From: Chloroflexota bacterium
GTDB lineage: Bacteria > Chloroflexota > Anaerolineae > Anaerolineales > E44-bin32
DNA: 64,000 nt
Assembly: GCA_022561215.1 (NCBI GenBank)
Contig: JADFRQ010000002.1
Coordinates: forward strand, 5,594 to 69,593
Reading direction: 5' to 3'
The notes beneath the pieces are model-generated. The model saw only the letters and a program-made list of their open reading frames with translations, did no database searches and was not told where the DNA came from. Shown one piece after another: positions 1 to 9,399 of the stretch; the stretch's first letter is position 1, and each line of letters begins with the position of its first letter. The translations under genes and the position numbers were made by a program.

Positions 1-267
1 GCAATAGCTTCCCCCACCATATTCATGCATCCTGGTTCTTACATTAAAGGGAGCTGAACCAAGAGTCGTAATCGCTCCATCCGACGACCTGCGTAAGAGG
101 TTTCTGGTCCCATCGTGTTCTGAATCTCGTTCAAGCCAGTAGACGTTTCCGCCGTCCAGCTTAAATTCACTCAAGAGAAGGTTGGAACCCATCCCGGATT
201 TCGCAACATTGGCCGCCGAATTTATTGAACGCCATGAACCGTAGGGACGTGTTACTTTTCCTTTCAT
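1..267 (-). CDS. S9-family serine peptidase (prolyl oligopeptidase / acylaminoacyl-peptidase-like), N-terminal fragment cut by the window edge
   Basis: Absent from the ORF track because it is truncated. My hand translation of the minus strand from ATG at 267 gives MKGKVTRPYGSWRSINSAANVAKSG..GGNVYWLERDSEHDGTRNLLRRSSDG..PFNVRTRMHEYGGGSY. This matches my memory of the N-terminal propeller start of S9 peptidases (PYGSW.SPI, V.W.E.R, RTR.HEYGGG). Confidence 0.55.
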   Translation of the reverse strand, partial: MKGKVTRPYGSWRSINSAANVAKSGMGSNLLLSEFKLDGGNVYWLERDSEHDGTRNLLRRSSDGAITTLGSAPFNVRTRMHEYGGGSYC

Positions 268-534
268 GTATCCTCTAAAACAGGTACGCAATCTTACGGC
301 AAAAACGAATGGAGTTCTATAGGATATTCAAAAGCAAAAACGGCCAGAGGATGGCACGCAAATCATGAGCATTTCATGAGAATCGATTTTGCTTTCTTGA
401 CGCCACTTTAACAGAATTGTAGAATGATACAACGTTCATTGCCTTGATTATTATCGAACGTAACAAGACAATTTAGATGGTTATTGTTCAGTTATCTGAG
501 TCTAGGTCCCACGCATACAAAATGAGGTGTTATT

Positions 535-1749
535 ATGGGATTCAAAGGCAAGAAGAGGCACTCGCCGAAACTCGACCTCCTGGAAATCCACGAAGAAAAT
601 CTCCAAGTTGGCGATGAGCAATGGGGTGAGAATGAGCAAGAGATCGTCCCTCTCGAGCGTTTGGTCGATAGGGCTAAGGAGAAATATTCTCTTGTAGAGA
701 GCCCGAGCAACACGGAGATCAACGATGAAGGGGACGATGGGATTTTTCGGCCCCCGATGGATGAAGCTTCCCGAATGGACAATGCGGGCGACGGAACAGA
801 TGCAGATGATTTACCTCCAGAGTATTTTGCAGAAGATCCGGACCCTAATGATGCCGTCGCCTTCTATCTACGAGAGGTGAGCAAAGTACCACTGCTCACG
901 CATGAAGAAGAAATATCCCTTTCAAAACGAATTGAAGCGGGCCGCAAAGCCCGCCACTTGCTTGCGGAAGGATCCGTTGCCAAAAGACAGCACGACGATC
1001 TACGGCGCACCGTTGAAGATGGATGGGCGGCGCGCGAGCACATCATCACGGCTAACTTTCGCTTGGTGATCAGTGTCGCGAAAAAATATGTCCGCCGCGG
1101 TGTACCATTTCTGGACCTCATTCAAGAAGGCAACATCGGATTGATTAGGGCAACCAAGAAATTTGACCATCGGCGTGGCTTCCGGTTTTCGACCTATGCC
1201 ACCTGGTGGATTCGTCAAGCAGTTTCGCGCTGCGTGGCCGATCAAGGACGCACCATTCGTGTACCGGTTCATATGGGAGATCAAATAAACCGACTCCGCC
1301 GATTTTCGCATAAGCTCACGCAGAGCCTGGGGCGCGATCCAAGCCTTGAAGAATTGGCCGAGTCTCTTAATATTTCCCCTAAAAAAGTCGAAGAACTGAT
1401 GCGTGTCGCCCAGCGACCTCTTTCGCTTGAGCTCCCGGCCGACGACGATGAAGAACATGAACTCGGAGAATACACCGCCGACAGGATTCTCCCCACACCC
1501 GTAGATAAGGTAACCGAGCGTATCATGCGCGAGCACTTGAAAGATGTGCTCGAGGAACTGCCGCCGCGCGAAGTAATGATCTTACAATTAAGGTATGGCC
1601 TAACTGATGGCAAAAGCCATACCCTTGGAGAAGTTGGAAAGAAATTGGGGGTCACACGCGAACGTGTTCGACAAATCGAGGCCCAGGCACTTCGCAGATT
1701 AAGAAAACCCCAATTAAAACGTGAACTAGAGGACTATCTGCTCGGCTAA
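535..1749 (+). CDS. rpoD: Primary-type RNA polymerase sigma-70 factor (group 1, RpoD/SigA)
   Basis: The 404-aa ORF has an acidic N-terminal region. It then carries region 1.2/2 (FYLREVSKVPLLTHEEEISLSKRIEAG; LRLVISVAKKY; LIQEGNIGLIRATKKFD; FSTYATWWIRQAVSR; TIRVPVHM) and region 4 (TLGEVGKKLGVTRERVRQIEAQALRRLR). A GAGGTG Shine-Dalgarno lies about 7 nt upstream of the ATG. Confidence 0.92.
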   Translation: MGFKGKKRHSPKLDLLEIHEENLQVGDEQWGENEQEIVPLERLVDRAKEKYSLVESPSNTEINDEGDDGIFRPPMDEASRMDNAGDGTDADDLPPEYFAEDPDPNDAVAFYLREVSKVPLLTHEEEISLSKRIEAGRKARHLLAEGSVAKRQHDDLRRTVEDGWAAREHIITANFRLVISVAKKYVRRGVPFLDLIQEGNIGLIRATKKFDHRRGFRFSTYATWWIRQAVSRCVADQGRTIRVPVHMGDQINRLRRFSHKLTQSLGRDPSLEELAESLNISPKKVEELMRVAQRPLSLELPADDDEEHELGEYTADRILPTPVDKVTERIMREHLKDVLEELPPREVMILQLRYGLTDGKSHTLGEVGKKLGVTRERVRQIEAQALRRLRKPQLKRELEDYLLG

Positions 1750-1780
1750 TCTCGCCCTGGTCCATTTCAATTACAAGATA

Positions 1781-1798
1781 TGAGCCCCGCGGGGCTCA
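1781..1798 (+). terminator. GC-rich hairpin about 30 nt after the sigma-factor stop, candidate intrinsic terminator
   Basis: tGAGCCCCGCGGGGCTCa is a perfect palindrome with a GAGCCC/GGGCTC stem. The downstream T-tract is weak (acttgtatgtatg). Confidence 0.4.
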
Positions 1799-2003
1799 CT
1801 TGTATGTATGCCCCTGAGGTTCCTCAAACGTCTTCGATTGGTTCGAGCACTTCTATCCGGCCGGGCTGATGGGGATGATGCCTTCAATTCCGTAGGCCAA
1901 GTTCCCAACCTCGGCCGCTAAAAATTCCCTCCCGGAGGGCCGGGCGCCCTTACTGCGTGATTTTGATAAGGCACATCACAAAAACGCTCTTTTGGGACAG
2001 CCC

Positions 2004-2215
2004 CTGTGCAACCTGGGGAGCACGGGAAGGAGCTGAAGCATTCGGACTCCAAATGGGGTTAGGGATGTGAAGTGCAAAAGCTCTGGCCTGTCCTACGGAC
2101 AGGCTGTGCAACCTGGGGAGCACAGGAAGGAGCTGAAGCATTCGGACTCCAAATGGGGTTCGATGTGGAGTGCAAAAGCTCTGCTTTTGCTGCCGAAGTA
2201 GAACTTCGGCACTCC
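2004..2215. repeat. Tandem duplication (period 100 nt) of an intergenic hairpin-containing unit, ending in a 49-nt double-hairpin element
   Basis: Positions 2004-2060 and 2104-2160 are identical except for one base (ctgtgcaacctggggagcacRggaaggagctgaagcattcggactccaaatggggtt). Both copies are followed by gatgtgRagtgcaaaagctctg. The terminal element at 2167-2215 is ggagtgcaaaagctctgcttttgctgccgaagtagaacttcggcactcc. It recurs in inverted orientation at 26327-26375. Confidence 0.85.
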
Positions 2216-2403
2216 AAACGAACACGATTGAGCCGAAAGATCTGCTGGCTACATACAAGAAAACAATAGGTGAGTTGTGCCTTTTTGTGCTCCGGGCGGC
2301 TCAAATTAACCAAGGGTTAACCAGCCGCCGCTACATGGTAGATCGAGTGCCAACCGATCACACGCGCAGCAGATTTTCATGATTATCAGCCAACCACTAC
2401 ATT

Positions 2404-2437
2404 CTTCTCAAAGAAAGGCCAGGTATGCAAACCTGGC
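2404..2437 (-). terminator. Candidate intrinsic terminator downstream of mltG
   Basis: On the minus strand a GCCAGGT-ttgcat-ACCTGGC hairpin is followed by CTTTCTTTGAG. It lies about 85 nt after the mltG stop. Confidence 0.35.
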
Positions 2438-2521
2438 GCGCGATCTCGCGGAGTCCATATCCTATACAAGGTGGGCGGGTATCTATACTCGCCGAGAAAT
2501 TTTAAATATCAGGAGGTCGCT

Positions 2522-3772
2522 TTAGTCGCACGCATTCGACTGATGTTCTTCAAACGTCATGGAAAAGAAATGGCGACCGGATTGGTCACAGGCAGCTCGA
2601 AAATAAAGGAAGTCGCTTGCGAGCGGAAAGGCGACTGCCCTCATCGCCTCCAAACCCGGGTTAGCAATTGGGCCGGGAGGGAGATCAGGATAGAGGTAGG
2701 TATTAAATAGCGAATCAAATTTTAAATCTTCAAGTGTTAGCGGTGCCTTCCACCAGCTGCCGTCTACCTGCAACCCTAAAGCATACTGTATAGTTGGATC
2801 TGCTTCGAGCTTTATACCCTGCCTTAACCGATTGTAGAATACGGAGGCGATTAATTCTCTTTCATCATCTACCACCGCCTCACGTTCTACGATGGATGCC
2901 AGAATCGCAGCCTGGAACAGATTAATTCCTTGCACGTTGTAACCATTCACGAAATCAGCGCCGATGCGCACTTCAAAATTCTTAAGCATCAATTGCACAA
3001 GTTCATCCGCAGTGATGCCCGAATCGACCAAGTAAGTGTCCGGGAATAGGAACCCCTCCAAGGAAGCAAACGGAGGAAGATATTCCGAAAACGCGTAGCC
3101 AGGAAGCGGACGATCGGCTGCGGTGGCAAATTCAGATTCGGAGATAACAAGCCCTGAAAGGGCGACGGCTTGTGCAATTTGTTCCCTGCGCCAGCCTTCC
3201 AGCACCGTGATTTTAATTTCTTGTGGATTCGCACGTTGAAGCGTATCAGCAATCTCACGCGGGGTCATAGCAGCATGCAGCGAATAAATCCCGGCCTCGA
3301 TCCCCGTATCAAAACCGCGGAACTGCAAATAATTTCGAAGCAACAATTCATTCGTAATAATCTTCGCCTCTTTAAGTTGGGCAACAACGTGCGCTGCATT
3401 TTGGCCTTGTTCGATAACGAGTTCGTGCTGGTTTGAGGCGTTCCCAGCCGGTGTATCGAGATCCTTTGCGAACAAAATCAAGTAGCCCGCAAGATAAATC
3501 CTATCCAGCGGCTCCAAATTAGGTGATGCCGATCCGATAATTATGTCGGCCTCGATGAACCCAAAGGAAACGCCAAACACAATCAGAAGACAAAAACATG
3601 CTGATAACATACCTAGCAGGCCGAGGATACCAAGCCAACGAGTGCTACGTTTTTCTTTTCGCATCCAGATACTCTTGTAGGAATATGGCTGCAGCGCGCG
3701 CATCGATGTTTTCCTTTTTTCTCGATCGGCTGCTCGCAATTTCGGTAGATCCTGTTTCATCCCATGTTTCAA
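2522..3772 (-). CDS. mltG: Endolytic murein transglycosylase MltG (YceG-like)
   Basis: The product has one N-terminal TM helix (WLGILGLLGMLSACFCLLIVFGV). It also carries YceG signatures: VFYNRLRQGIKLEADPTIQYALG and FNTYLYPDLPPGPIANPGLEAMRAVAFP. The longest ORF overlaps ruvX by 128 nt, so the real start is more likely Met37 (MRKEKRSTRW, nt 3664). Confidence 0.85.
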   Translation of the reverse strand: MKHGMKQDLPKLRAADREKRKTSMRALQPYSYKSIWMRKEKRSTRWLGILGLLGMLSACFCLLIVFGVSFGFIEADIIIGSASPNLEPLDRIYLAGYLILFAKDLDTPAGNASNQHELVIEQGQNAAHVVAQLKEAKIITNELLLRNYLQFRGFDTGIEAGIYSLHAAMTPREIADTLQRANPQEIKITVLEGWRREQIAQAVALSGLVISESEFATAADRPLPGYAFSEYLPPFASLEGFLFPDTYLVDSGITADELVQLMLKNFEVRIGADFVNGYNVQGINLFQAAILASIVEREAVVDDERELIASVFYNRLRQGIKLEADPTIQYALGLQVDGSWWKAPLTLEDLKFDSLFNTYLYPDLPPGPIANPGLEAMRAVAFPLASDFLYFRAACDQSGRHFFSMTFEEHQSNACD

Positions 3773-4037
3773 TCGGAATATTGGATCTAAATTTCAAAAC
3801 ATCTACCAATCGCAATGCTTTTCTCGCCTGCGGACCCACCAAACCCTCTTGGTCAAAGGCAATTCCAACAACGATCCTTTCGGCGCCGATGCGTTCTGCT
3901 TCTTGAAGGATTTTGTCAGCGTCTATGCTGCGAGATTGATGTTTGATCACCGAGTGGGGCTTGGCAATCGTTGCGCTAGGGTCACTAATTGCCAGTCCAA
4001 TACGCACATCTCCCGGGTCGATAGCAAGGATTCTCAT
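3645..4037 (-). CDS. ruvX: Holliday-junction resolvase-like nuclease RuvX (YqgF family)
   Basis: MRILAIDPGDVRIGLAISD is the typical YqgF N-terminus. I moved the start to ATG 4037 (Met12 of the track ORF), which lies 4 nt after the upstream gene's stop. Confidence 0.85.
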   Translation of the reverse strand: MRILAIDPGDVRIGLAISDPSATIAKPHSVIKHQSRSIDADKILQEAERIGAERIVVGIAFDQEGLVGPQARKALRLVDVLKFRSNIPIETWDETGSTEIASSRSRKKENIDARAAAIFLQEYLDAKRKT

Positions 4038-4041
4038 TAAC

Positions 4042-5544
4042 TCATTCTTCCCACACATACAGCACATCAATTCTATTGTTTAGCCAGGGTAGCAATGGCA
4101 GCCATGTTGGCTTAAGCAGAAAGGCGGGTGGCCTTTCCAATGGTACGAGTTCCTCAAGATTATCCCGAGCGGCGCCCGGCGTTCTACCGCGAACAGGAGT
4201 GAGCACAGTTTGCTGAGATAAAGGTGTATAGGACTCTGCGCTGCCCTGTATTCGGATCACACCGATCGACTCGTCATCGCTCGCCACATAATTAACCTGG
4301 GTTACCTGGACGGAATTCTTGATGACAATCCGATTTGAATCCAGCTCATCCGTGATGGCCTCCTGGATCTTTGAAAGTAAATCATTAACTCTGTACACCA
4401 ATACCAGTATATTAAGATCCAGAGCAAGCGTAATTTGTTGCGTTGGTTCTCCTTCGCCGTGGCTGAAATCTTGCGAAAAAACGCGGTCGACAGTGGCGCT
4501 ATCCTCAAACACGGCTTGCTCGATCCCTATTGTGACGGCGATCTCATTCTCCGCCCTCCCAAATAATTCCTGGATGAGTTTTTCTTCGAGACCGGCCAGA
4601 TCTGCTGCGCTGACAGAATTTCGTTTTTCGCTGCTTCCCCCACGAATTGGATTTGGATTTGTGATGGCAACCATGAGCCCAAATGCTGCCTCGGTAGAAA
4701 AAATAGTCCCGGAAGGCAGATTGCCTTGTTCGCCAAAATCGTCGGCTTCCATCGGAAGTTCGATCACGGCGCCTATTTCCGCTGGCAATTTTCCGCTGCT
4801 CGTCGTCTGAAATCGTAAAGATTGCAATCCAACTGGACGAATCCCGAGGTGGCGAGGGATGGAGATCATTATCGGAGATAAATTTGTGAAGATGATACTG
4901 CCTCTCGATGCCGATATTGGAAACGTTGCACTCCCGGTCGTTCGGTAAACGGCCGAGCCCTGAATGCGGATTTGCTCAATCTCGGCATGCAATTGACCGG
5001 GTCGTCCATCGAATCCCGTGAGCGCCAGTTCAAAAGTGGCGTATTCCAACTGCTTGGGAGGAGAAAGAATGATTTCGGCAGAGGGAATTACCGCGGCGCT
5101 TAAGACCACGATGATTAGCAACAGTGCACCGAGAAGAATACGGGAAGGTTTTCGATCGAGTTGTTGCACCCAATCGGGGATGCGTTCCCGACGGGCAAGG
5201 ATCACGCCAGGCTGTTGCAGGGAATCCCGCGCCCCTTCCCCGACCCTATCGAATTCCCGAAACAGCCTCCATCGTTCTTCCGGTAGCTCTTCCAAAGATT
5301 CAAAAAGTGAAAATCCTAATTCAGCCGCACGTTGGCGGATTTCCGAATCAAAGGTTAACAGGCCCACCGCAAGATTGCGTCTTTGGGCATAACGTTTGAG
5401 CAGAACAAGATCGAGGCCACGATGCAATACGCGCCCTCGATTGGGCCACACGAGTAAGGCTCTCGGTGATTGCACCCAACCAAGCAAATCGCGGGTCGAA
5501 TCGATGTCGTCACTTGCGCTTAGATAGACAATCTGAACTTTCAT
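4042..5544 (-). CDS. Hypothetical single-pass membrane protein (about 120-aa cytoplasmic N-domain, TM, about 340-aa beta-rich C-domain)
   Basis: A 500-aa ORF is wedged between alaS and ruvX on the same strand, with gaps of 23 and 4 nt. It has one clear hydrophobic helix (ILLGALLLIIVVLSAAVIPSA). I recognise no catalytic motif. Confidence 0.6.
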   Translation of the reverse strand: MKVQIVYLSASDDIDSTRDLLGWVQSPRALLVWPNRGRVLHRGLDLVLLKRYAQRRNLAVGLLTFDSEIRQRAAELGFSLFESLEELPEERWRLFREFDRVGEGARDSLQQPGVILARRERIPDWVQQLDRKPSRILLGALLLIIVVLSAAVIPSAEIILSPPKQLEYATFELALTGFDGRPGQLHAEIEQIRIQGSAVYRTTGSATFPISASRGSIIFTNLSPIMISIPRHLGIRPVGLQSLRFQTTSSGKLPAEIGAVIELPMEADDFGEQGNLPSGTIFSTEAAFGLMVAITNPNPIRGGSSEKRNSVSAADLAGLEEKLIQELFGRAENEIAVTIGIEQAVFEDSATVDRVFSQDFSHGEGEPTQQITLALDLNILVLVYRVNDLLSKIQEAITDELDSNRIVIKNSVQVTQVNYVASDDESIGVIRIQGSAESYTPLSQQTVLTPVRGRTPGAARDNLEELVPLERPPAFLLKPTWLPLLPWLNNRIDVLYVWEE

Positions 5545-5567
5545 TCAGCTTTCACAACTCTGCTTAC

Positions 5568-8315
5568 TCAAGCCGTCTTTGACAGAATCCATTTATCAAT
5601 TTGGTCAAGTGCATCGTGGATCTTTTTTGCATCGCTACCCCCTGCTTGGGCGAGATGGGGCTTGCCCCCCCCGCTTCCCCCTACTTCTTTGGCGACCACG
5701 CGCACTAATTCCGTGGCATGGAGTCCTTTTTCGACCAAATCATCCGTTATCGCCGCCACAATTAGCGGACGTTCATTTATGGATGATGCAAGGACGACGA
5801 TACCCGAATGGTTACGCGCACGAAAGAGATCGGAAAGTTTGAGCAGAGTTTTCATGTTGACATTCGGGATGAGCCCTCGTAGCAGCAATATCCCCCCCAC
5901 TTGCTCATTTTGCAATGCGCTGAATACTTTTTCCGCCTCACGGCTCTGTTGCGTGGCAAGATTTTCTCTGAGAACATTCATTTCCCTGAGAGTCACATCG
6001 AGACGCTCTACTAGATTTTCGACGGGTGCAGCCATTTTCACGGCGAGTTTTTTCACAATAGCGCGCTGTTCCTGCAAGAATTCCAGTGCACCTCTGCCGC
6101 TAAGTGCTTCAATCCTGCGAATGCCCGCGCCGACACTTCCCTCGCTGGTGATGATAAAGGGGCCGATTATGCCCGTTTGCGATACGTGAGTACCTCCACA
6201 TAGTTCATACGAGATTCGCTCAGCATTTTGGATGGATACCGTGCGCACAATATCACCATATGTCTCGCCGAACAACGCAATTGCACCCTTAGCCAACGCA
6301 TCTTTTTGATCCTCACTCTGAATTACCAGCGGATGGTTATTGAGTATGGCCGTGTTGACGAAGCGCTCGATTTGATCAAGTTCGTCCTGCGTGACCGGCT
6401 GTGAATGATTAAAATCAAAGCGCAATCGATCTGGCGCCACCAATGATCCGGCCTGGCGCGCGTGTTCCCCAAGGATGCTCTGCAGGGCGGCATGCAGCAA
6501 ATGGGTTGCCGAGTGATTGCGCATGATATCCCCGCGCCGTTCAACGTCAACTTGCGCCAGAGCGCGATCGCCAACTTTCGGAATCCCCTCCACTACCACG
6601 CCGGCATGGAGAATCAAACCATCAATTGGCCGGAGAACATCTTCAATCTCAATTGTCCAGGGTTGGTCTCCCTGGGAGACGAGTTGGCCTTTATCGGATA
6701 CCTGTCCCCCTGCCTCTATGTAAAAATTAGTCTGCGGCAGGATCACACCTACCGAATCTCCTGCTTTTGCCTTCTCCACATTTTGACCATCTTTCAGCAA
6801 TGCCAATATCGGCCCGGCAAGATCTTTCGTATGGTAAGGATCATAACGAACGCCCTCCTTATCCAAATCTCCAGCATCAACTAGCTCCTTCAGCAACGTC
6901 CGATATATTTCGAGATCCTCAGTGGCGACTTCATGCATCCGATCCGTGCTGGAGACAAAGCGATGCTTTTTGAGCGCCGAGGTAAACCCTTGTTCATCGA
7001 CACGGACACCATCCTCCTCCACAATATCGCGCGTGATCTCAAGGGGAAGCCCGTAGGTGGCATAAAGATCAAATGCGTCTTTGCCGGTTAGAATTTCGTC
7101 CCCTCTTTCTTTGACTTGGTCAATGAGATTATTAAGCTGCGTAATACCTTTCTCGACAGTTCGATGAAACTTGATTTCCTCTTCAGACAAAGTTTGCAGG
7201 ATGGCGCTTTGGTTTCTCCTCAGCTCGGGATAGGCATCCCCATAATTTTCAATAACAATTTTTGCTACTTCTGCTAAAAATGTGCCCTCGAAACCAAGCT
7301 TCTTGCCGAAACGGCTCGCACGGCGGATTACCATCCGGCAGATATAATTCCTGCCTGTGTTCCCGGGCACAACGCCATCGGCGATCATAAATGCAGCCGC
7401 GCGACTATGGTCAGCAATCACCCGGTAGGGGGTGATAGACCTTTCGCGCTCTTCGTCAGAATGATGAGCAAGTGTTTGAATCCGGCCCATAACCGGCGTA
7501 AAAAGGTCGGTTTCATAATTTGAAGTTACATTTTGCAGCAGCGAAACGATGCGCTCGAGACTCATCCCTGTGTCTATATGCTTCTCGGGCAGCGACTCTA
7601 GATTCGTTGGACTTAATCTGTTGTACTGGATAAATACGAGATTCCATAATTCAAGGAAACGATTGCAATCCCCATTCACGCGGCACTGATGATGTTTGAC
7701 ATCTTGTTTATCACAATAGGCAATCCCGCGGTCGAAATGAATCTCTGAGTCGGGGCCAGAGGGCCCTGTATCGGCCATCTCCCAGAAGTTTTCATCTCGC
7801 CCAAAAAAGAGAATGTGATCATGATGGAGGCCAGGCTGTTGGCGCCAGATTTCATTCGCCTCATCATCCCGAGGGATTTCGCCATCTTCATCTTCGAAGA
7901 CAGTCACCCAGATTTTCTCCTTGGGTAACCCCCATACTTCTGTCAACAATTCCCAGGCCCACGCGATCGCGTCATCTTTGTAGTAATCACCGAAAGACCA
8001 ATTGCCTAACATTTCGAAAAATGTATGATGGATATCGTCGCGTCCAACATCTTCGAGGTCATTATGCTTCCCGGCAACGCGCATGCATTTCTGCGAATTA
8101 ACGGCGCGTTTGTATTTCCGCGTCCCCCTTCCCAACAAAACATCTTTAAATTGCACCATCCCCGCATTGGTAAACAGCAACGTAGGATCATCACCTGGGA
8201 CCAATGAGGAAGAGGGAACAATTTTATGGCCACGCCCCCCGAAAAAATCGATGAAGGATTGGCGAACTTTATTGCCAGGCCATTTGAGATGTCCGTCCGA
8301 ATTACTGGGTGACAT
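5568..8315 (-). CDS. alaS: Alanine--tRNA ligase
   Basis: Class II AlaRS signatures run throughout: VRQSFIDFFGGRGHKIVPSSSLVP, DPTLLFTNAGMVQFK, the editing-domain HSATHLLHAALQ, CGGTH, and a C-terminal DHHA1-like GGGKPHLAQAGG. The start is set at ATG 8315, which has a GGAGG 5 nt upstream. The track ORF starts 54 nt earlier. Confidence 0.95.
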   Translation of the reverse strand: MSPSNSDGHLKWPGNKVRQSFIDFFGGRGHKIVPSSSLVPGDDPTLLFTNAGMVQFKDVLLGRGTRKYKRAVNSQKCMRVAGKHNDLEDVGRDDIHHTFFEMLGNWSFGDYYKDDAIAWAWELLTEVWGLPKEKIWVTVFEDEDGEIPRDDEANEIWRQQPGLHHDHILFFGRDENFWEMADTGPSGPDSEIHFDRGIAYCDKQDVKHHQCRVNGDCNRFLELWNLVFIQYNRLSPTNLESLPEKHIDTGMSLERIVSLLQNVTSNYETDLFTPVMGRIQTLAHHSDEERERSITPYRVIADHSRAAAFMIADGVVPGNTGRNYICRMVIRRASRFGKKLGFEGTFLAEVAKIVIENYGDAYPELRRNQSAILQTLSEEEIKFHRTVEKGITQLNNLIDQVKERGDEILTGKDAFDLYATYGLPLEITRDIVEEDGVRVDEQGFTSALKKHRFVSSTDRMHEVATEDLEIYRTLLKELVDAGDLDKEGVRYDPYHTKDLAGPILALLKDGQNVEKAKAGDSVGVILPQTNFYIEAGGQVSDKGQLVSQGDQPWTIEIEDVLRPIDGLILHAGVVVEGIPKVGDRALAQVDVERRGDIMRNHSATHLLHAALQSILGEHARQAGSLVAPDRLRFDFNHSQPVTQDELDQIERFVNTAILNNHPLVIQSEDQKDALAKGAIALFGETYGDIVRTVSIQNAERISYELCGGTHVSQTGIIGPFIITSEGSVGAGIRRIEALSGRGALEFLQEQRAIVKKLAVKMAAPVENLVERLDVTLREMNVLRENLATQQSREAEKVFSALQNEQVGGILLLRGLIPNVNMKTLLKLSDLFRARNHSGIVVLASSINERPLIVAAITDDLVEKGLHATELVRVVAKEVGGSGGGKPHLAQAGGSDAKKIHDALDQIDKWILSKTA

Positions 8316-8623
8316 TATTCCTCCAGCACTTAGATAGGCGATTATACGCCATGAAAAATAGGCCTTCAACCATCCGTTAACTTCGGCATACCTTCACCCC
8401 CTGGGAAGGGATAGTCCTCCTGCCCAGGGGATAACAACGTCCCTGGCCTTTTGTAATCACTGGCCAGGTTTGTGCGAGAGGGTCAATCTCCGCGCCCTAG
8501 AATTCATGTATGGGTGTCTCGTGAATCGCCCTTCTACCTCACCACCGGGAGATTTAACATCCCTAACCTCCAGGTATGGAATTTTTAAATAATTCAGTTA
8601 CAAGCGGAGGTCATCACCCGTTG

Positions 8624-8629
8624 TATAAT
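8624..8629 (+). promoter_or_regulatory. TATAAT -10-like box 8 nt upstream of the ATG at 8638 (leaderless-start candidate)
   Basis: The sequence is ttgTATAATcgaagatcATG. There is no Shine-Dalgarno between box and ATG, and the nearest GGAGG is 27 nt upstream. No convincing -35 element. Confidence 0.3.
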
Positions 8630-8637
8630 CGAAGATC

Positions 8638-9207
8638 ATGCAAACGCCTCCGTCATTTCTAACCGCCCCGAAGCGAATTGATGGTGAAGAAATTTTTAGG
8701 CCGGCGAAGGTTTCGCGCCAAGGCGAATTAATCGCATGGGGAAGCGCTTTCGCCATTGGCATCGGGCTCGGCATTTACTACATCAAGACTCAGGAAATCC
8801 AAATCATCACCAGCGGGATGCTCTTTTTTTTCTTATCCGCCGGTGCGTTGATCAGCTTTGGCGCCTGGGTAGATAAGCGAACAATTATTCGTGTCAATTC
8901 CCAACGGTTGATTTATCGGAGCCCATTCAAGGAACTTAACTTGAATTGGGATCAGATCCTTCAGGTTCGCGCCACGCAAGCGCGCCGGCTGTGGCGTATC
9001 ATTGTCGCCAGCAGAGATGCGCACTTTCGCTTGCGGGTCGGCACATCTGCTTCAGAAGAAGAAAATTTGACCGATTTTCTTGCCCTACCCGATGGAGAAC
9101 GGCTGGTTCAGATCATCTCGGGTATGGCTGGCCTTACGCACGTACTCATGGAAGACGATGAGTGGGTGAGCAGCTCAGAAACGTCTTACGAAAGTGGGGA
9201 CAATTAA
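8638..9207 (+). CDS. Hypothetical membrane protein (two TM helices plus a small soluble C-domain, acidic tail)
   Basis: The 189-aa ORF has hydrophobic segments AWGSAFAIGIGLGIYYI and MLFFFLSAGALISFGAW. No known motif was recognised. Confidence 0.5.
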   Translation: MQTPPSFLTAPKRIDGEEIFRPAKVSRQGELIAWGSAFAIGIGLGIYYIKTQEIQIITSGMLFFFLSAGALISFGAWVDKRTIIRVNSQRLIYRSPFKELNLNWDQILQVRATQARRLWRIIVASRDAHFRLRVGTSASEEENLTDFLALPDGERLVQIISGMAGLTHVLMEDDEWVSSSETSYESGDN

Positions 9208-9399
9208 ATCGCGAACATTCCATAGTGTTGTTTAAAAAGCACGCAAATACACTATCAGGCTTTCCGTAACACATCCGGCTGCCCGTACACCTGAGGAAAT
9301 TGCCGAGTATCTTTAAAGAAGTCAGCGATGGCACATCTGATATGCCCTATTAGGAAAGCCCCGCTTTTATTGCGCACAAAGAACCCTGGAGAGATCACA

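Noticed and set aside
2004-2215. CRISPR array.
   Set aside because: There are only two long (about 80-nt) near-identical units with an 18-20-nt linker. There is no series of short repeats with unique spacers, and no cas genes occur anywhere in the window.
8316-8637. Possible T-box or other riboswitch leader upstream of alaS. The 5' region is 320 nt long with several hairpins, for example CCTGGCC-n14-GGCCAGG and CCCCTGGG-n19-CCCAGGGG on the minus strand.
   Set aside because: I could not find the T-box consensus (GGGTGGTACCGCG-like). The only GGTGG-containing stretch (cccggtggtgagg) lies at the wrong end of the leader and lacks the ACC. No specifier-loop or AGAGA features were recognisable. 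It needs an Infernal scan, and I do not claim it.
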